Shown one piece after another: positions 26,308 through 39,239 of a stretch of DNA of 64,000 bases (its first letter is position 1; each line of letters opens with the position of its first letter). The position numbers and the translations under genes were made by a program. Origin of the DNA: Octopus vulgaris (lineage: Eukaryota); NCBI GenBank assembly GCA_951406725.2, contig OX597814.1, forward strand, positions 194,122,001-194,186,000, in the 5' to 3' direction. The notes under the pieces are model-generated. The model saw nothing but the letters and a program-made list of their open reading frames with translations, did no database searches and was not told where the DNA came from.

Positions 26308-29064
26308 TTAATAATAATAATAATAATAACAATAATAATAATAATGGTTTCAAATTTTGGCACAAGGCTAAGAATTTTGGGGAAAGTGCTAGTTGATTAC
26401 AGTAACCCCAGTGTTCAACTGGTACTTAATTTATCAACCCCTGAAAAGATGAAAGGCAAAGTCGACCTCGGTGAAATTTAAACCCAGAAAGGGCAAACAG
26501 ACGAAATATTGCTGAGCATTTAGCCCGGCATGCTAACGAGTCTGCCAGCTCACCACCTTAATAATAATAATTTAGACAAGTCCAGCAGTGGTTAGCCAAT
26601 ATCATCAATACTTGTATGGGATTTTAATTTATTGATCCCCATAGGGATGAAATGACTTAGTTTTTCTTCCTTCCACGGTTCTAATTCAGACTCAAGACCA
26701 GCAATTTAGAAAGAAAAGAGTTAATAAATTACACTGTGCAGTAATTGATTGGTATTTAATATTTAATATTTGATTGGTATTTAATTTTCTCAGCTCCAGA
26801 GTGATGAAAAGCAGAGATGACGTCAATGGAGTTCAAACTGGTGGCAAGGACCCAAGATGTTGGGGGGAACAAAACAGGGGGGGGCGCAAAACACAAAACA
26901 AAAACCACAAGCAAACAAGAAATGGTTTGATGAAGTTAACAAGAATAATAAGGACTCGTCAATTAACAGATAATGAATAGAACAGTCGAGAACAAAAATA
27001 ACAAGAAAGGGATCCTCAAAATGGGAATAATCACATAATGATACAAAGGGGTCCACTACACAACCTTGGTTTTACCCAGACTCACTGAAGGTAAAATACA
27101 TTCTAGGTCTAACCTCCAATCTACGACTGTTTAATTAAAGTGGATAAATTAGTCACTTCGGTTTCGCCACTCGGTGATAAAAATATGCAGGGAAAGGGGT
27201 CGAGTCAACCCTATTAAGAATAATGGTTGCAAATTTTGACACAAGGTAAGTAATTCCGAGGGAGGGGTTAAGTTGATTATATCGACCCCAGTGCTCAGGT
27301 AGTATTTATTTTATCGACTCCGAAAGAATGAAAGGCAAAATCGAACTCGGAGGAATCTGAACTCAACGATTCTGGATTCTGCTAGGCTCCCCACCTTTAG
27401 CAATCCTAATATATTACTGGTACTTATTTGTTGTCAGCATTTGCGTTACCCAACATGGTCTTTTTTTTTAAAAAAAAAAAGAAAGAAATTTGGGGAGGGA
27501 ATAAGAAATGAGGGGAAAATAGGCTGCTGTTTCTAGCAAGTCAGACGACTCTATAGAAGTGATCTCGATCCTTTCACTGGTTACTTTATTTTACTAAACC
27601 CATCGTGATTTAATAATAATAGTTTCTGTATTTGGTGCGGAAGCAACAAGAATGGTACCTAAACTGGCGAGTACAGACAACGTCTTGAGAAAATTTCGAA
27701 ATATATCCGATATAATTCCACTCGGTTATAGCAGTACAAATAACAAATATACATATTCACTTCAGGGTATTATTAAGGTCCGACAGCGAGGAGAGAGATG
27801 TATGTGCGGGGGTGGTGTATAAACCCCTGAGGACTTATAATAATATACATTGTTTAACCCAACCATCGGACAAGCATTACCAAAAAGGTTAATGTCGAGT
27901 AATAAAGTAAATAAAAACCAAAAAATCTTTTTCGGAATACGACTAATGTTTGTTGTATGTTTACCTTATATTTTACCGTAATATTCCAGTTTTAAATAGG
28001 GTTTTTTTTTTAAACTTATACTATTTGTTTTTAATTTACGAACACTGGAAAAAAATCATTTCAAGGGCAGGTGTTTGATTGAAATTAAAAAAAAAAAAAT
28101 AAACACTATAGTTGTAAATTGAAAGACGGAAATTTTTAAATAGTTGTTATCATTCCAGAAATAAAACAAACTTTGTATAGAGTAATATATATGTGTTTTT
28201 ACGAATCTACAAAAACTAAAGGGCGGGAAGGGTATAATGAAGATGTAAAAAAAAAAGTGGGGGCTGTTAAGAATGTTGTAGTGTTATTATTGTCAAAAGA
28301 ATAGGGGACATCTGAACTAGATTCCTAAGTTTTTCCTGCCTCACTTTTTCGAATTTAAATCCCGCCGGCGTCGAATTTTACCCTTTACCAGATTCACTGT
28401 ATCCAAACAATAAGTGACATTAATTATTTATATAACACAAAACGAAAGATCGCCCCAAAAAATTGTTTAAATAGGGAGCTTGAATTTAGATAAAAGAAAT
28501 CGATGTTCATAAAGCAATAATGCTAGAGAAAAAGGGTCTTCCGAAGCGAAGTCGAGTGCTGCGAACCGGTTTCAAATCTCGAGTAGAGCTATTTCGGTCT
28601 TAGCGCAGTTTTTTTTCTCCCCTAAAGGTATGCCATGAATATATCCCATTATTATATTATCCTTGCTCAACAAAATAGACGATTTATATATGGTGAAAAT
28701 AAAGCATCTTATTTTAATTAAAACACAGATAACATTCCAGTTGTTGTTGGTATTTAACCCTAGGAGAGACCCGATAAAGTGTTCCAACCTGACTATTCCA
28801 GCCTTTTTTTTTTTTTTTAAGCAGTTGGGTGTGAGGTGATGGAAATTTGGCAGTTGTTTCTAGCAGTTCGAGCGACTACGTAGAAGCTCCTTTGGTAATT
28901 TCAGCCAGCAAGACGGTTTCGATACACGGTTCCAGCTAATTCGTTTCACTTACGCCGCTAATGTCTTTAAAATAATACCCGAACATCATGCAATCTCGTA
29001 TTTCTTTTACTATAAATTCGAGACCTTTGTAACTGCGTAAGAAATTATAATTTCATTTACTTAC

Positions 29065-29112
29065 CAAGATTTTCGGTTCCATTGGAAGTTTGAGGTTGAG
29101 CGAGAACTTCGG
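29065..29112 (-). CDS. B3GLCT: B3GLCT coding exon 2 (AEVLAQPQTSNGTENL)
   Basis: Long polypyrimidine tract ending ctctctcag, donor TTG|gtaagt; 48 nt, phase 1-1; follows a 130-nt intron and joins exon 3 in frame. Confidence 0.8.
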
Positions 29113-29242
29113 CTGAGAGAGGAAGACAAACGAAGAATTAGACAGAAGAAAACAGCGAAGAAAAAAAAATCATCAAGAGAAATCCAAACGGATTGAATAT
29201 TAATTCATTGAAGTAGCAGTTTATATTCCAAGACAGCATTAC

Positions 29243-29309
29243 CTTGCCATAACGATGATAATAGTATTAGAAGAGAGGTTAGGACGGACATGAGTTGAAG
29301 CAGAATCAT
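29243..29309 (-). CDS. B3GLCT: Beta-1,3-glucosyltransferase, coding exon 1 (signal peptide MILLQLMSVLTSLLILLSSLWQ)
   Basis: ATG at 29309 (second in-frame ATG at 29291), hydrophobic leader, donor AAG|gtaatg; 67 nt, ends in phase 1 and joins exon 2 in frame. Confidence 0.8.
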
Positions 29310-29806
29310 GCTTGGTTTAGCAACACAAGTTGACAAGCTACGATTACTTCCTAACCAATCAAATTGTAGCTTATATATAATAGTTTCATATTATTTGTAA
29401 CGAAATCGACCATTTGTCTGTTGACATTTAAGTGTAAACTAATACAAACACACGTGTCAGAGTATTGTTTAAACAATACAGAGGGAGTGTGAGGGGAGGG
29501 TCTCTCGAGACACACAGGTCTTAAGTGTCTGGGCAATTAGCAATTGGTCGGCCCTAATGGAGAAAACTCATGTTCAAAGGAATTACAGCATTAATTCGAC
29601 TTTTGCTTAGACCTAGCATATCTAGGATTACATTATCCATTGTCATCCGTTTTTTTTTAAGACAGTAGGGCGTGATCTGAGAGCAATTTGGCTGCTATTT
29701 CTAGCAGGCTGAGATACCAGTTAGAGATTTCCCTGACGGACTGTTAGTTTCAGAATACAAAACTGCGAAGTCTTTTAAAGTAGTAGTCACACACACACGC
29801 ACGCAC

Positions 29807-29861
<55 letters not shown>

Positions 29862-30092
29862 TACTACAGGTAACTCTGATACTCTTTAACTTGTTTCAGT
29901 CATTTGATTGCGGCCATGCTGGAGCACCGCCTTTAGTCGAGCAAATCGACCCCAGGACTTATTCTTTGTAAGCCTAGTACTTATTCTATCGGTCTCTTTT
30001 GCCGAACCGCTAAGTTACCGGAACGCAAACACACCAGCATCGGTTGTCAAGCGACGTTGGGGGGGGGCAAAAACAGACACACAAACACACAC

Positions 30093-30169
<77 letters not shown>

Positions 30170-30651
30170 TATATACGACGGGCTTCTTTTCAATTTCCGT
30201 CTACCAAATCCACTCACAAGGCTTTGGTCGGACCGAGGCTATACTAGAAGATACTTGCCCAAGGTGCCACACAGGGGAACTGAACCCAGAACCATGTGGT
30301 TGGGAAGCAAGCTACTTACCAAACAGAGAACACAATTGAAAAAATTAAAAAGAAAAACACTAAAACAATTCACATTTAAACTTGAGGAAAGACTTGCATA
30401 TTTTTACTGTTCCGCTTACAGAATGTTAGTTTCTTGATTTCTTTCACTGAAAACTCCAGCTTAGCCTGATGGCCATTTACTCCCAAAACCAAGATGAAAT
30501 TTGGGGGGCGTTGGGAAACCTCTCTAATGGATATTGAGACACGCCGGCGTTGCCGCGGGTGATGGCGAGGCTGAGGCGCTGGAACAGCCAAGCGCCCTCA
30601 TGACGTATATTTCCGTAACGTATATTTCCGCACGCAATGTACATGCTTTAA

Positions 30652-31072
30652 CCCTTTAGCATTCAGATTACTGTCAAATGTAATACTTATTGAATGGTTG
30701 TATACTGTCCTTAAATATATAAGGACACAGGAAAAAAATGTGTCGAAGCCATCAGGAAGCGTCGATGCTTCCTAGGGCTAAACAGCGGTGGTGTAATCCC
30801 CTACTGTCACGTTCACGTTAGATTGACAGTATACAACCATTCTATCGCCCCACCACCGTACATATCTCTATGAGATATTTAGAAATTTAATATTCATTTA
30901 CATTATTTTGAATTTATCATACATTATTTTGTAGCTTTGAGGTTTCAATGATGTGTTTGTTTATTTTGAGAATGACATTGTAGAGTAGATGTGAGAGGTC
31001 CGATCTATCCAGTTTGAATATAAAACAAGCAGAATATTTGGGCTTCATATGGTCGGTTTGGATACTAAAGGG
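30652..31072. mobile_element. piggyBac-type MITE with a nested 18-bp inverted repeat pair
   Basis: TTAA|CCCTTTAG...CTAAAGGG|TTAA; internal gaatggttgtatactgtc (30692-30709) and gacagtatacaaccattc (30825-30842). Confidence 0.75.
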
Positions 31073-31132
31073 TTAAATCGGTCGACGTAATTATACGCCG
31101 CCTGACTTAGAACCTGTCACCCTGAGTTAGTA

Positions 31133-31368
31133 CCTATTTCTTTATTACCCACAAGGGGCTAAACATAGAGGGGACAAACAAGGACAGACATAGGTATTAA
31201 GTCGATTACATCGACCCCAGTGCGTAACTGGTACTTATTTAATCGACCCCGAAAGGATGAAAGGCAAAGTCGACCTCGGCGGAATTTGAACTCAGAACGT
31301 AGCACCAGACGAAATACCGCTAAGCATTTCGCCCGGCGCGCTAACGTTTCTGCCAGCTCGCCGCCTTC
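31133..31368 (-). mobile_element. tRNA-derived SINE with Nin/Deu-type central domain (representative copy)
   Basis: ggcgagctggcagaaacgttagc...gagttcaaattcc (A/B boxes) followed by gcctttcatcctttcggggtcgat..aagtacc. Dozens of copies, e.g. 1740-2160, 3230-3460, 5745-5960, 6965-7205, 8712-9157, 17670-17882, 33996-34228, 39728-39958, 48205-48408, 52575-52770, 53680-54100, 55170-55560. Confidence 0.85.
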
Positions 31369-31423
31369 ACTTGAATTAGTACCGGTTCACTTGTCAACTG
31401 ATAGGCCGATTAGATGTTTCGTG

Positions 31424-31577
31424 CACTAGCGTAGCTAGAGTGTGTGCCGCCCGAGGCGCCCTTTCCGTTTTCCACCTCCCGGACCCCACGAAAAACACAT
31501 ATTGCCTACAGCAGTAGCCTACAATAGGATGAAAAGTGCCACCCGGGGCGAGCTGCCCCACCCCAGCTACATTAATG
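31424..31577 (+). mobile_element. hAT-type MITE
   Basis: TIR CACTAGCGTAGCT; 8-bp TSD gtttcgtg/gtttcatg. Confidence 0.65.
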
Positions 31578-32089
31578 GTTTCATGTAAATTGGCTGTGTG
31601 GTAAGTAGCTTGCTTACCAACCACATGGTTCCGGGTTCAGTCCCACTGCGTAGCACCTTGGGCAAGTGTCTTCTACTATAGCCTCGGGCTGACCAAAGCT
31701 TTGTGGGTGGATTTGGTAGACGGAAACTGAAAGAAACCCGTCGTATATATGTGTGTGTGTGTGTGTGCGTGTGTGTGTGTGTGTGTGTGTGCCTGTGTTT
31801 GTCCCCCCCACCCCAACACCGCTTGACAACCGAGGCTGGTGTGTTTACGTCCTCGTAACTTAGCGGTTCGGCAAAAGAGACCGATAGAATAAGTACTAGA
31901 CTTACAATGAATAAGTCCTGGGGTCGATTTGCTCGACTAGAGGCGGTGCTCCGGCATGGCCGCAGACAAATGACTGAAACAACTAAAAGAGTAACCCGAT
32001 AGGCTGGTCCTGCCACTCCGGCTCCGTCAACTTCATTGTAGCGTCCTGTTTCGTCGAATTTATGGTCGTTGCGCCACCACCTCACCAGT

Positions 32090-33785
32090 TGATTCTGCCC
32101 GGTTCGGACAAGGACTCGGAAAATGAGTATTTTCCTAGTACAGAATCAGATGATTCCGATAGCGATTATGATATCCCGATGTATCAAAAGTAGAAGCGGG
32201 CAACAGTGAATGACACTGAAATGTAGTATGATGGTGTAGCATCATACTATGTGTCTGTGTGTGCGTTGGTCATTCAGTGGTGTCTGTTTATGCTCTACGT
32301 CTACTACTGTGTTGGGTCATTCATGCTGAATATGTAGTTCTCTGTTAGCTGCTTGACTGACGCAAGTTGCTTACTGGCTGTCTACTTGGTGATGGCTCTC
32401 CGCCTCTGTCGTATGTCTGACTGTATTTATAATATGACAGCCAGAAGGACGACATATCGCAGGAGTAATCTCTACTTATGTAGGTTGCCTCCTGTCCACT
32501 TGAACCTTAAATGACACGGCTCGAGTGGTAGGTCGAAGAGAAATCTATCCATCACTTTTTGACAGGATAAAGAAATTTCTTTCGCGCCTGTTTGGCCAGT
32601 GGTGGATCAGACGAACAAGAATCCTTAGATTCGGTTTCGAATCTCAGCTCGGAAAAAGGAAATGTTAATTTTTACACCCTGCTGATACTGATGGGCATCG
32701 TGAAGAAACCGACTCTGGCGTCATATTGGAATCGGGATCCAGCCACGTCGACTGCTTTCTTTCCGAAAACGATGCCACGTGATCGATTTTTGGCGGCTAG
32801 AACCACGATGACAGGCTGCATGACATACGTCCTATCGTTGACAAAGTGGCTGAAAATGTCAGAACGGTGTATGTCTCCACACAAGACATTTGTACATACG
32901 AGAGTTTGTGGGAATTCAAAGGAAGGCTCCGATTCAAACAATACAACTCGACAAACTTGCTCGCTTTGGAGTCAAAGCTTATAAAGTACACCGGTCAACT
33001 GAGAGAACCTGTGGCTACACTGGTCAGGACAGATTGGATCTTCCAGCGTCTACTCTAGCGTCAACTGATGTGTTGTCGTTGAACGAAAACTTGTTTGACA
33101 AAGGTTACAATATTTATATGGACAACTGGTTTTCCAGTTCAGACCTCCTCCTACAGCTGCAGGCGAGGAGGACTAATGCCTGTGGGACTGTGAGGACGCA
33201 CAAGATAAAATTTTGAAAGAGGAAAACAGCGTACCGATGCACTGATAGTGACATTCTCGCTCTAGATTGACGTGACTAGAAAAACGTCGGCATGTTATCG
33301 ACAATGCATTTTGCAAGCATGAAGGACACTGGGAAATAAGATGCGGACGGTAATGCCATAATGAAACCGCGTGTAGTTGTTCATACAATGAAGGGATGAG
33401 CGGGGGTCGATCGCTCAGATCAGCTGGCGACGACACACAAATCGGTGAGAAAATTTGTGAAATGGTACAAAACATTTTCTAGTATAAAGTGACATATGTG
33501 TCGTGAACTCACATTTGATCTGGCAGATGCTTGGCAGTGTGGGGGATGGATTGACTGTTCTGTGAAATGATAGAAGCACCAGACCTGCATGGTGAAGGGA
33601 AGTGGACATTTTCCACGACTGCTTCCGACACCAACAACGCCAAGAAGACAAATTCTTCGAAGAGATGCACAATATGTAAAGCAAAAGGGAAGCGTAAGGA
33701 AACTAGACACCATCGTTCACAATGTGATACGCCACTGTGTTGAACTGTTTTGAAGTCTACCACACTAAAGTCAGTTTTTGAATTC
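32090..33785 (+). pseudogene. Decayed piggyBac (PGBD4-like) transposase
   Basis: Frameshifted motifs: MGIVKKPTLASYW..MPRDRF, FKGRLRFKQY..RFGVKAYK, GYNIYMDNWFSS..ACGTVR, YNEGMSGVDRSDQ..KWYK, and a C-terminal Cys-rich RRCTICK..CDTPLC. Confidence 0.9.
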
Positions 33786-33907
33786 ATGTGATTATAAATA
33801 CATTAAGTTGATCTAACTTGTGCTGTCGGGTGATCTTATTCAGGAATAATATCGCATGAGCGTCCTTCTTAGGGGTATAGCTTAGATAAATAAACGATAC
33901 TTGCACT

Positions 33908-34308
33908 CACAAGCGTAGCTAGAAGGTGGGGTAGGGGCGGTACTTTTAAAGGGGCGGCAATTTTCAACCTGTTGTAGGCTATTGCTGTAAGCAATCGAGC
34001 TGGCCGAATCGTTAGCACGCGGGGCGAAATGCTTAGCGGTATTTCGTCTGCCGTTACGTTCTGAGTTCAAATTCCGCCGAGGTCGACTTTGCCTTTCATC
34101 CTTTCGGGGTCGATTAAATAAGTACCAGTTACGCACTGGGGACGATATAATCGACTTAATCCGTTTGTCTGTCCTTGTTTGTCTCCTCTATGTTTCCCCC
34201 CCCCCCCTGTGGGCAAAAAAGAAATAAATATGTTTTTTTGTGTGTGGGGTCCGGGGGCGGCAAACGGAAGGGGCGCCCCGGGTGGCACACACTCTAGCTA
34301 TGCTAGTG
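33908..34308 (-). mobile_element. hAT-type MITE (same family as 31424) interrupted by a SINE
   Basis: Perfect 8-bp TSD CTTGCACT (33900-33907 and 34309-34316); SINE at ~33996-34228. Confidence 0.75.
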
Positions 34309-34909
34309 CTTGCACTAAAGCGGTTGACGTAAATGTATGCCGAACATTATCTCGCGCTGAGTGCTGACCTCAATCGGCGCGATTACCGTTACCGAGCGCC
34401 GGCAACCGAATGAATCATTGCCGTAAACTGGTTTAAGCGAACCATTGTCGTGCGCTAATTGCTGGTCTCAGCCGAGATGATTACCGTCAATGCAACCTAG
34501 TTGCTTGATTAAAAAAACCCCGTTGTCCTGGGGTTAAAGATGGCAAGATGGTCCTCGTCGCTCCAACGGACGAACTTATGTATGTTCTTTTCTGCTTTTA
34601 ATTATTTAAGATTTTCCTTTGAAGGAGGAGCTGGTTTCTAGCAATGATACAAAGCTCCGTCGTTGTCAACGAAAACAATGTCACAGCTGAAACCTAAGAA
34701 AAGTCTTGCATAGTTTTACTGTTCCGCTTACAGACTATATTTGTAATGTGCGAGTCAGTTGGTTGTTTTCTTTTTCTGAAAATCCAAGCTTATCCAGATT
34801 GACAGTTGACGACATGAAACTGTGAAACGTAAAAAAAAAAAAAAAAAAGAAAGAATGATGGTCTTTGATTTTGGCAGAAAGCAGAATGAACTGGAAAGAT
34901 TTATTGAGA

Positions 34910-35665
34910 GGACCAACGTCTCATTATTTGCAACATTAATTCTCATCCCTGCCTTGCAGCACTCGACAACACACGTATTTAGTGCATGCTAGAGATCACT
35001 TTCTGATGAGCCAAGTAGCACCGTGTCGTCTGCAAATATCAACCGACCAACCCTACAACCACCGCTTGTGATACCACTCCCATAACAGCTGTACATGCCT
35101 GTCCAGTTCATAAAAGGTATGAAAAGGTGAAGTGACAATACACACCCCTGCCAAACTCCAACACCTACATGAATAGGTTTCAACTTGGCACTGTTTGCTC
35201 AAACACAAATATCTGGGCTTTTGCATAGGGACTTCGCAGCAACCAGAAGTTGTCTGTTAATTTCAAATTCCTGAAAAAAATCTTTCACAATATGCGTTAT
35301 AAAGGTCTTCGAAACAAACGTAGCCCTTTTGGCAAAATTCCCACGAGTTCTCGAAGATTTGCGGTTGAATGAATATTTGATCGGTTGCGCTGCATTCAGC
35401 TAAGGATTCAGCAAACCTGAACTCGACAATTTTCCTACATGTCTTTGACACACACGAGTTTATAGGGAAGTTCATCATGGACTCTTCTTCTGTAACTAAG
35501 ACACACTCTCTTGTCTGCCTTCTTAAAAATTGGGATTATCACCTTCGATTACCATTGCTTTAATGTCATTCCAGAGGTCCAAAGCCATCAGGCATAATCG
35601 AGTCAGCCAGAGAATACCTTTTCTGTTTATGGTTTATAACATCTTCAGCCGAATTTCATCCTGGA
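34910..35665 (-). mobile_element. Decayed RTE-clade LINE reverse transcriptase
   Basis: TDQIF...VCFEDLYNAY, GVWQGCVLSLHLF, LIFADDTVLL, GMRINVA motifs with stops and frameshifts. Confidence 0.85.
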
Positions 35666-35759
35666 ATGAGAGTTTCTGAGAGGATGTGGGACACTCTATT
35701 CTCTCTTATCGCTAACATCCACTTGAGGGGTGAAGAACTTATCCAAAATTATTTGATAT

Positions 35760-38270
35760 TTATGGTGCTTTATGCCTGTGCAGAGGTCAGTGGAGTACCT
35801 GATCTCAAGTTACGTTCATCATTAGGGCTCTCAACAAAAACTTGCAGACCGTCTTCTCTTAGTGACAACCCTTTAGCAACATTCTTTGCAGTCAATCTAA
35901 GTGGAGTTGTTGGAATTTGAGTATCGTCATTTATATTCTTAGCTTGCTTTAATTCAAACAATACCAGCTTCTCGTTACATAAATTCTCTTTATGAGACAC
36001 TGATAACACCATTACGTCATTCTCTATGACTTCTTCAAATCCTACATCATTTTCAGGTGTCACAATATCTTTCCGAACTTTATACTTGTAGAAAACTTGT
36101 AACATCGCGGTTAATCTGGCCACATATTTTTCTGAAACACCATTCATAGTTGAGGGTTTCATTTCACCCCTTGACTCAACTATGTTATCCACAGCATCCA
36201 CTGTGTTGAACGTTTTTCAAAGTCTCTCGCAGTAAGTTTATTCTCCCTGTCAGTTGTACTTATATACTGTTTGAAAACTCAGATAATGTGTTTTCCAATA
36301 AGCTATAACACCTAACACCTCGTAGCGAACTCTAGTTAACGTCCTCTCTCTATTATATACAAATACGAACGTAGCAGGTAACAGCTAACCTTTGGATGGT
36401 GTTTTGGACCCCGTTGTGTCTACCACTCTGATTGGTTGGTATTGGCGCAATTTGTCTCTTACTCTATCGCGCACCGATATGCAACCCAACCAATCGCAGC
36501 CTTCAAATAAATCACATGAGACAGTCTTTTCTAAAGATTAAAAAGTTTTGAATGGTACAACAATGCACTATAATATAAACAATGGGCTATATACCTGTTG
36601 TAATTTAGTCACCCATAGTCTGATATATCTCAGAATAATATTCCTTCTTCAGATATTCTCAGATGGAGTTGCTGCTATAATCGGTTTTCTAACGGCTTTT
36701 CTTTTTTATTTTGTGGAAGCGTCTCAGCAGTGGTCTCACGATGCTCCTTCCGGAATTCCTCACGAGAAGTGTGTGAGGTCAGCCATGTCTCAATCTCGTG
36801 TGTGCTGGTACATCTGTAGCGCTGCTTCTAAGTTACGTATTAAACGTGCAGCTTCCTTTTTTTTTCCTTTGAGCCTACCATTGGCTATAAAAGCTCACCT
36901 CCTTCTAATCTCAGCGTCAGTTGGTTCCAGACCTTCTAAGGTCTAACCACTGACCACATTACAGCGACCTCCATCGTCGTCGCCACCACTGATGTCTCTC
37001 ACCAACATTGTCAACAACATCTGCACAGCACCAACACACTGTACTGGTTCTAACATATCGCTGTTCGTGAGCTTTCCTCACCAGGGTTAACAGCTAACAT
37101 ACAACCCACACAGATGCATGTAGATATATGAATAAATGTACATCAACCACTTCCATTCAGCTTGTATATATATATATATATGTGTGTGTGTGTGACCACA
37201 ATAAAGGTATTTAAAGTTATCACCTTGTTCCATGTATTTCTTTACCGGGTTACTACCAAAATAAGATTACAGCCTTCTGAGCGGAGTCACATTAGATGGA
37301 ATACCACCTATCCATCTAACACCTTGCCACTTCGGCTAGAGCAAAGAAGTATTCTTGTGGTATTTTTTACTTTCCCATTATCAGGATACTAATTTCAGTT
37401 TAGTGGGTGGCTTGGAGCATTGCCTAAAATGAGCAATACTTTGTTGGAAATATGTCTGACACTGTGCCTTTCTACATCAGGACAAAAGTGTTTGTGAACC
37501 ACTTTGCGAAATGGTTCTTAATCATCCGTGCCTTTTTATTTAAATGACGAATCAGAAACAAATTAAACTTTGCGTAACCCTTGAAAGTAATACATGACTA
37601 GGGGCTTTTAATTTCATTTCACCAGCGGCATTTCCTCCTAGAAGAAACATCAGACATTTTTAGTAGCTTTAAATCCTGGCATTGACTTTTGTCCTCGAGA
37701 ACCAAAAGTTCTAATAGACATAAGCTTCTAGAAAAATGGAGTTTCATTAAGACTATTTACTTGCTCTGGTATGTAGCCCCCGCACCCGAATTCTTTCTAT
37801 TTTACTTAATTTTTTTAGCTGCGCAGAATAATTAGTAACAGCCTTTGTACAAGCAGAAACAGCTTCACCAGTCAATTTTATTTGTGCAAGCATTTCTTAA
37901 AACATTAAAATCAGCCTTTACTAGCCGGGAAATGTTTTTCATTAGTAGCTTTATCCTCGTTTTTCTAAAAAAAATCATCTTGATTTTGGCTGTTATGAAA
38001 TTATTAAATTTAATTCTTGATCCATACACTCAAAAGCCATCCCATTTTAAGCAACACATTAGATCTATGAAAAAAATTAGGTCCGTGCAATTAACGGAGT
38101 AACTTCATGAGCATTCGACTTAATTTTCTCCCTCCTGTCACGTAGAAGTTGCAAGCTTCAATATTTTGGTAATATCGCTGACTTTATTCCGCACCAAACA
38201 TTTTAAAACATCAAGTTTAATACCCAAAATAATTCTTTTGCGGCTCCTTTTTGCACTACAGCCTTCGCTT
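35760..38270 (-). pseudogene. Decayed Tigger/pogo transposase split by insertions (~36300-37200)
   Basis: N-terminal KRSRKRIILGIKLDVL (psq-like HTH), LLGGNAAGEMKLK, WFTNTFCPDV, KVLLILGNAPSHP, and C-terminal GFEEVIENDV..SHKENLCNEKL. Confidence 0.8.
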
Positions 38271-39239
38271 CCACTTGAAAGATTCCTTTCTGATATCTTG
38301 AGTTGTAGGTAAATCCAACACCGGCGACGATGAACAATTATCGACAACAAATAAGCAGTAAAAATTACAACGCAGGGAAAGAACTGTTTTATGTCAGGAT
38401 GTAAGAATGTTAATCAGAAGATCAAAGGATGAAGGAGTGAAATGGGAGGAAGCTGACTGTATGATCACAATTGGTTGGAGGGTTGCTAGATTTATGGGCA
38501 TTTTGTTCCTTGCAACTCTGACTTGAAACATAAGAACTCCACACTCTACTTGAGTCGTTACCGACTGATTTTTGCTTTGGGTGTTCTTGCTTTTATAACT
38601 ATCCAGAAGGTTAGACATATTGAGAACAATAGATTTAGTTGGTGGTCTTGCTATCTCTATTCTAGCTTTTGGTGAAGTAGAAGAGGTTAGAAAGGGTCAT
38701 GTGGTGAAGACATTGTTTTGGCCTAGCTAAAGGCATCTGGAAAATGTAAAATTGCTGTCAGAAGAAAACCATTGTTTCACCATGGGAAAAGTTCTGTTGC
38801 AGTGTTAATTTAAATTTGGCTATGGTGGATCGAATCCACTTCATGCATGCAAGATCCACAACATATGTATCTACAGACATTGCTGTAGACATTGCTATCA
38901 TTGTTATTACCAATTAATTATTCAAAAATTGGTGGGTTGGTGGTAAGGCTGATATCGGTTGTATTGTTTTTTTCCTGTTGGTGAAGGTAAGAGTATTGTT
39001 GGTGGTGGCGGTGGTTATACTTTTGCTAATTGTTTTATTGTTGTTATTTCGTCTCAAGTCAGACTCCAATGACCGAATATCGAAGATACTCCGGTCAATA
39101 ATTAAAACACACGAGGGTACCACATTATCTCATGTGATTGTTATATTTTATTAGCTTCATTTTATTTTAGAAGCAGTCGCTTGTTTTGTTCATGCTGTTG
39201 TTGTGTTGTTGTTGATCATTAAGAAGTTGATGGTTTTGT

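Noticed and set aside
27096-27136. Possible extra B3GLCT mini-exon (cag...TTCA|gtgagt on minus)
   Set aside because: Weak polypyrimidine tract and phase incompatible with the phase-1 junction between exons 2 and 3.
29310-29560. Bidirectional promoter shared by the two divergent genes
   Set aside because: Start codons are 17 kb apart; only a lone CCAAT is visible and no transcript evidence is available.
31424-34308. Inverted repeats flanking the piggyBac transposase as a composite transposon
   Set aside because: Each repeat has its own distinct 8-bp TSD, so they are two independent hAT MITE insertions.
36548-36946. 132-aa hydrophobic ORF as a possible membrane protein exon
   Set aside because: Lies within insertions splitting the Tigger relic, has no in-phase partner exons and no recognisable domain.
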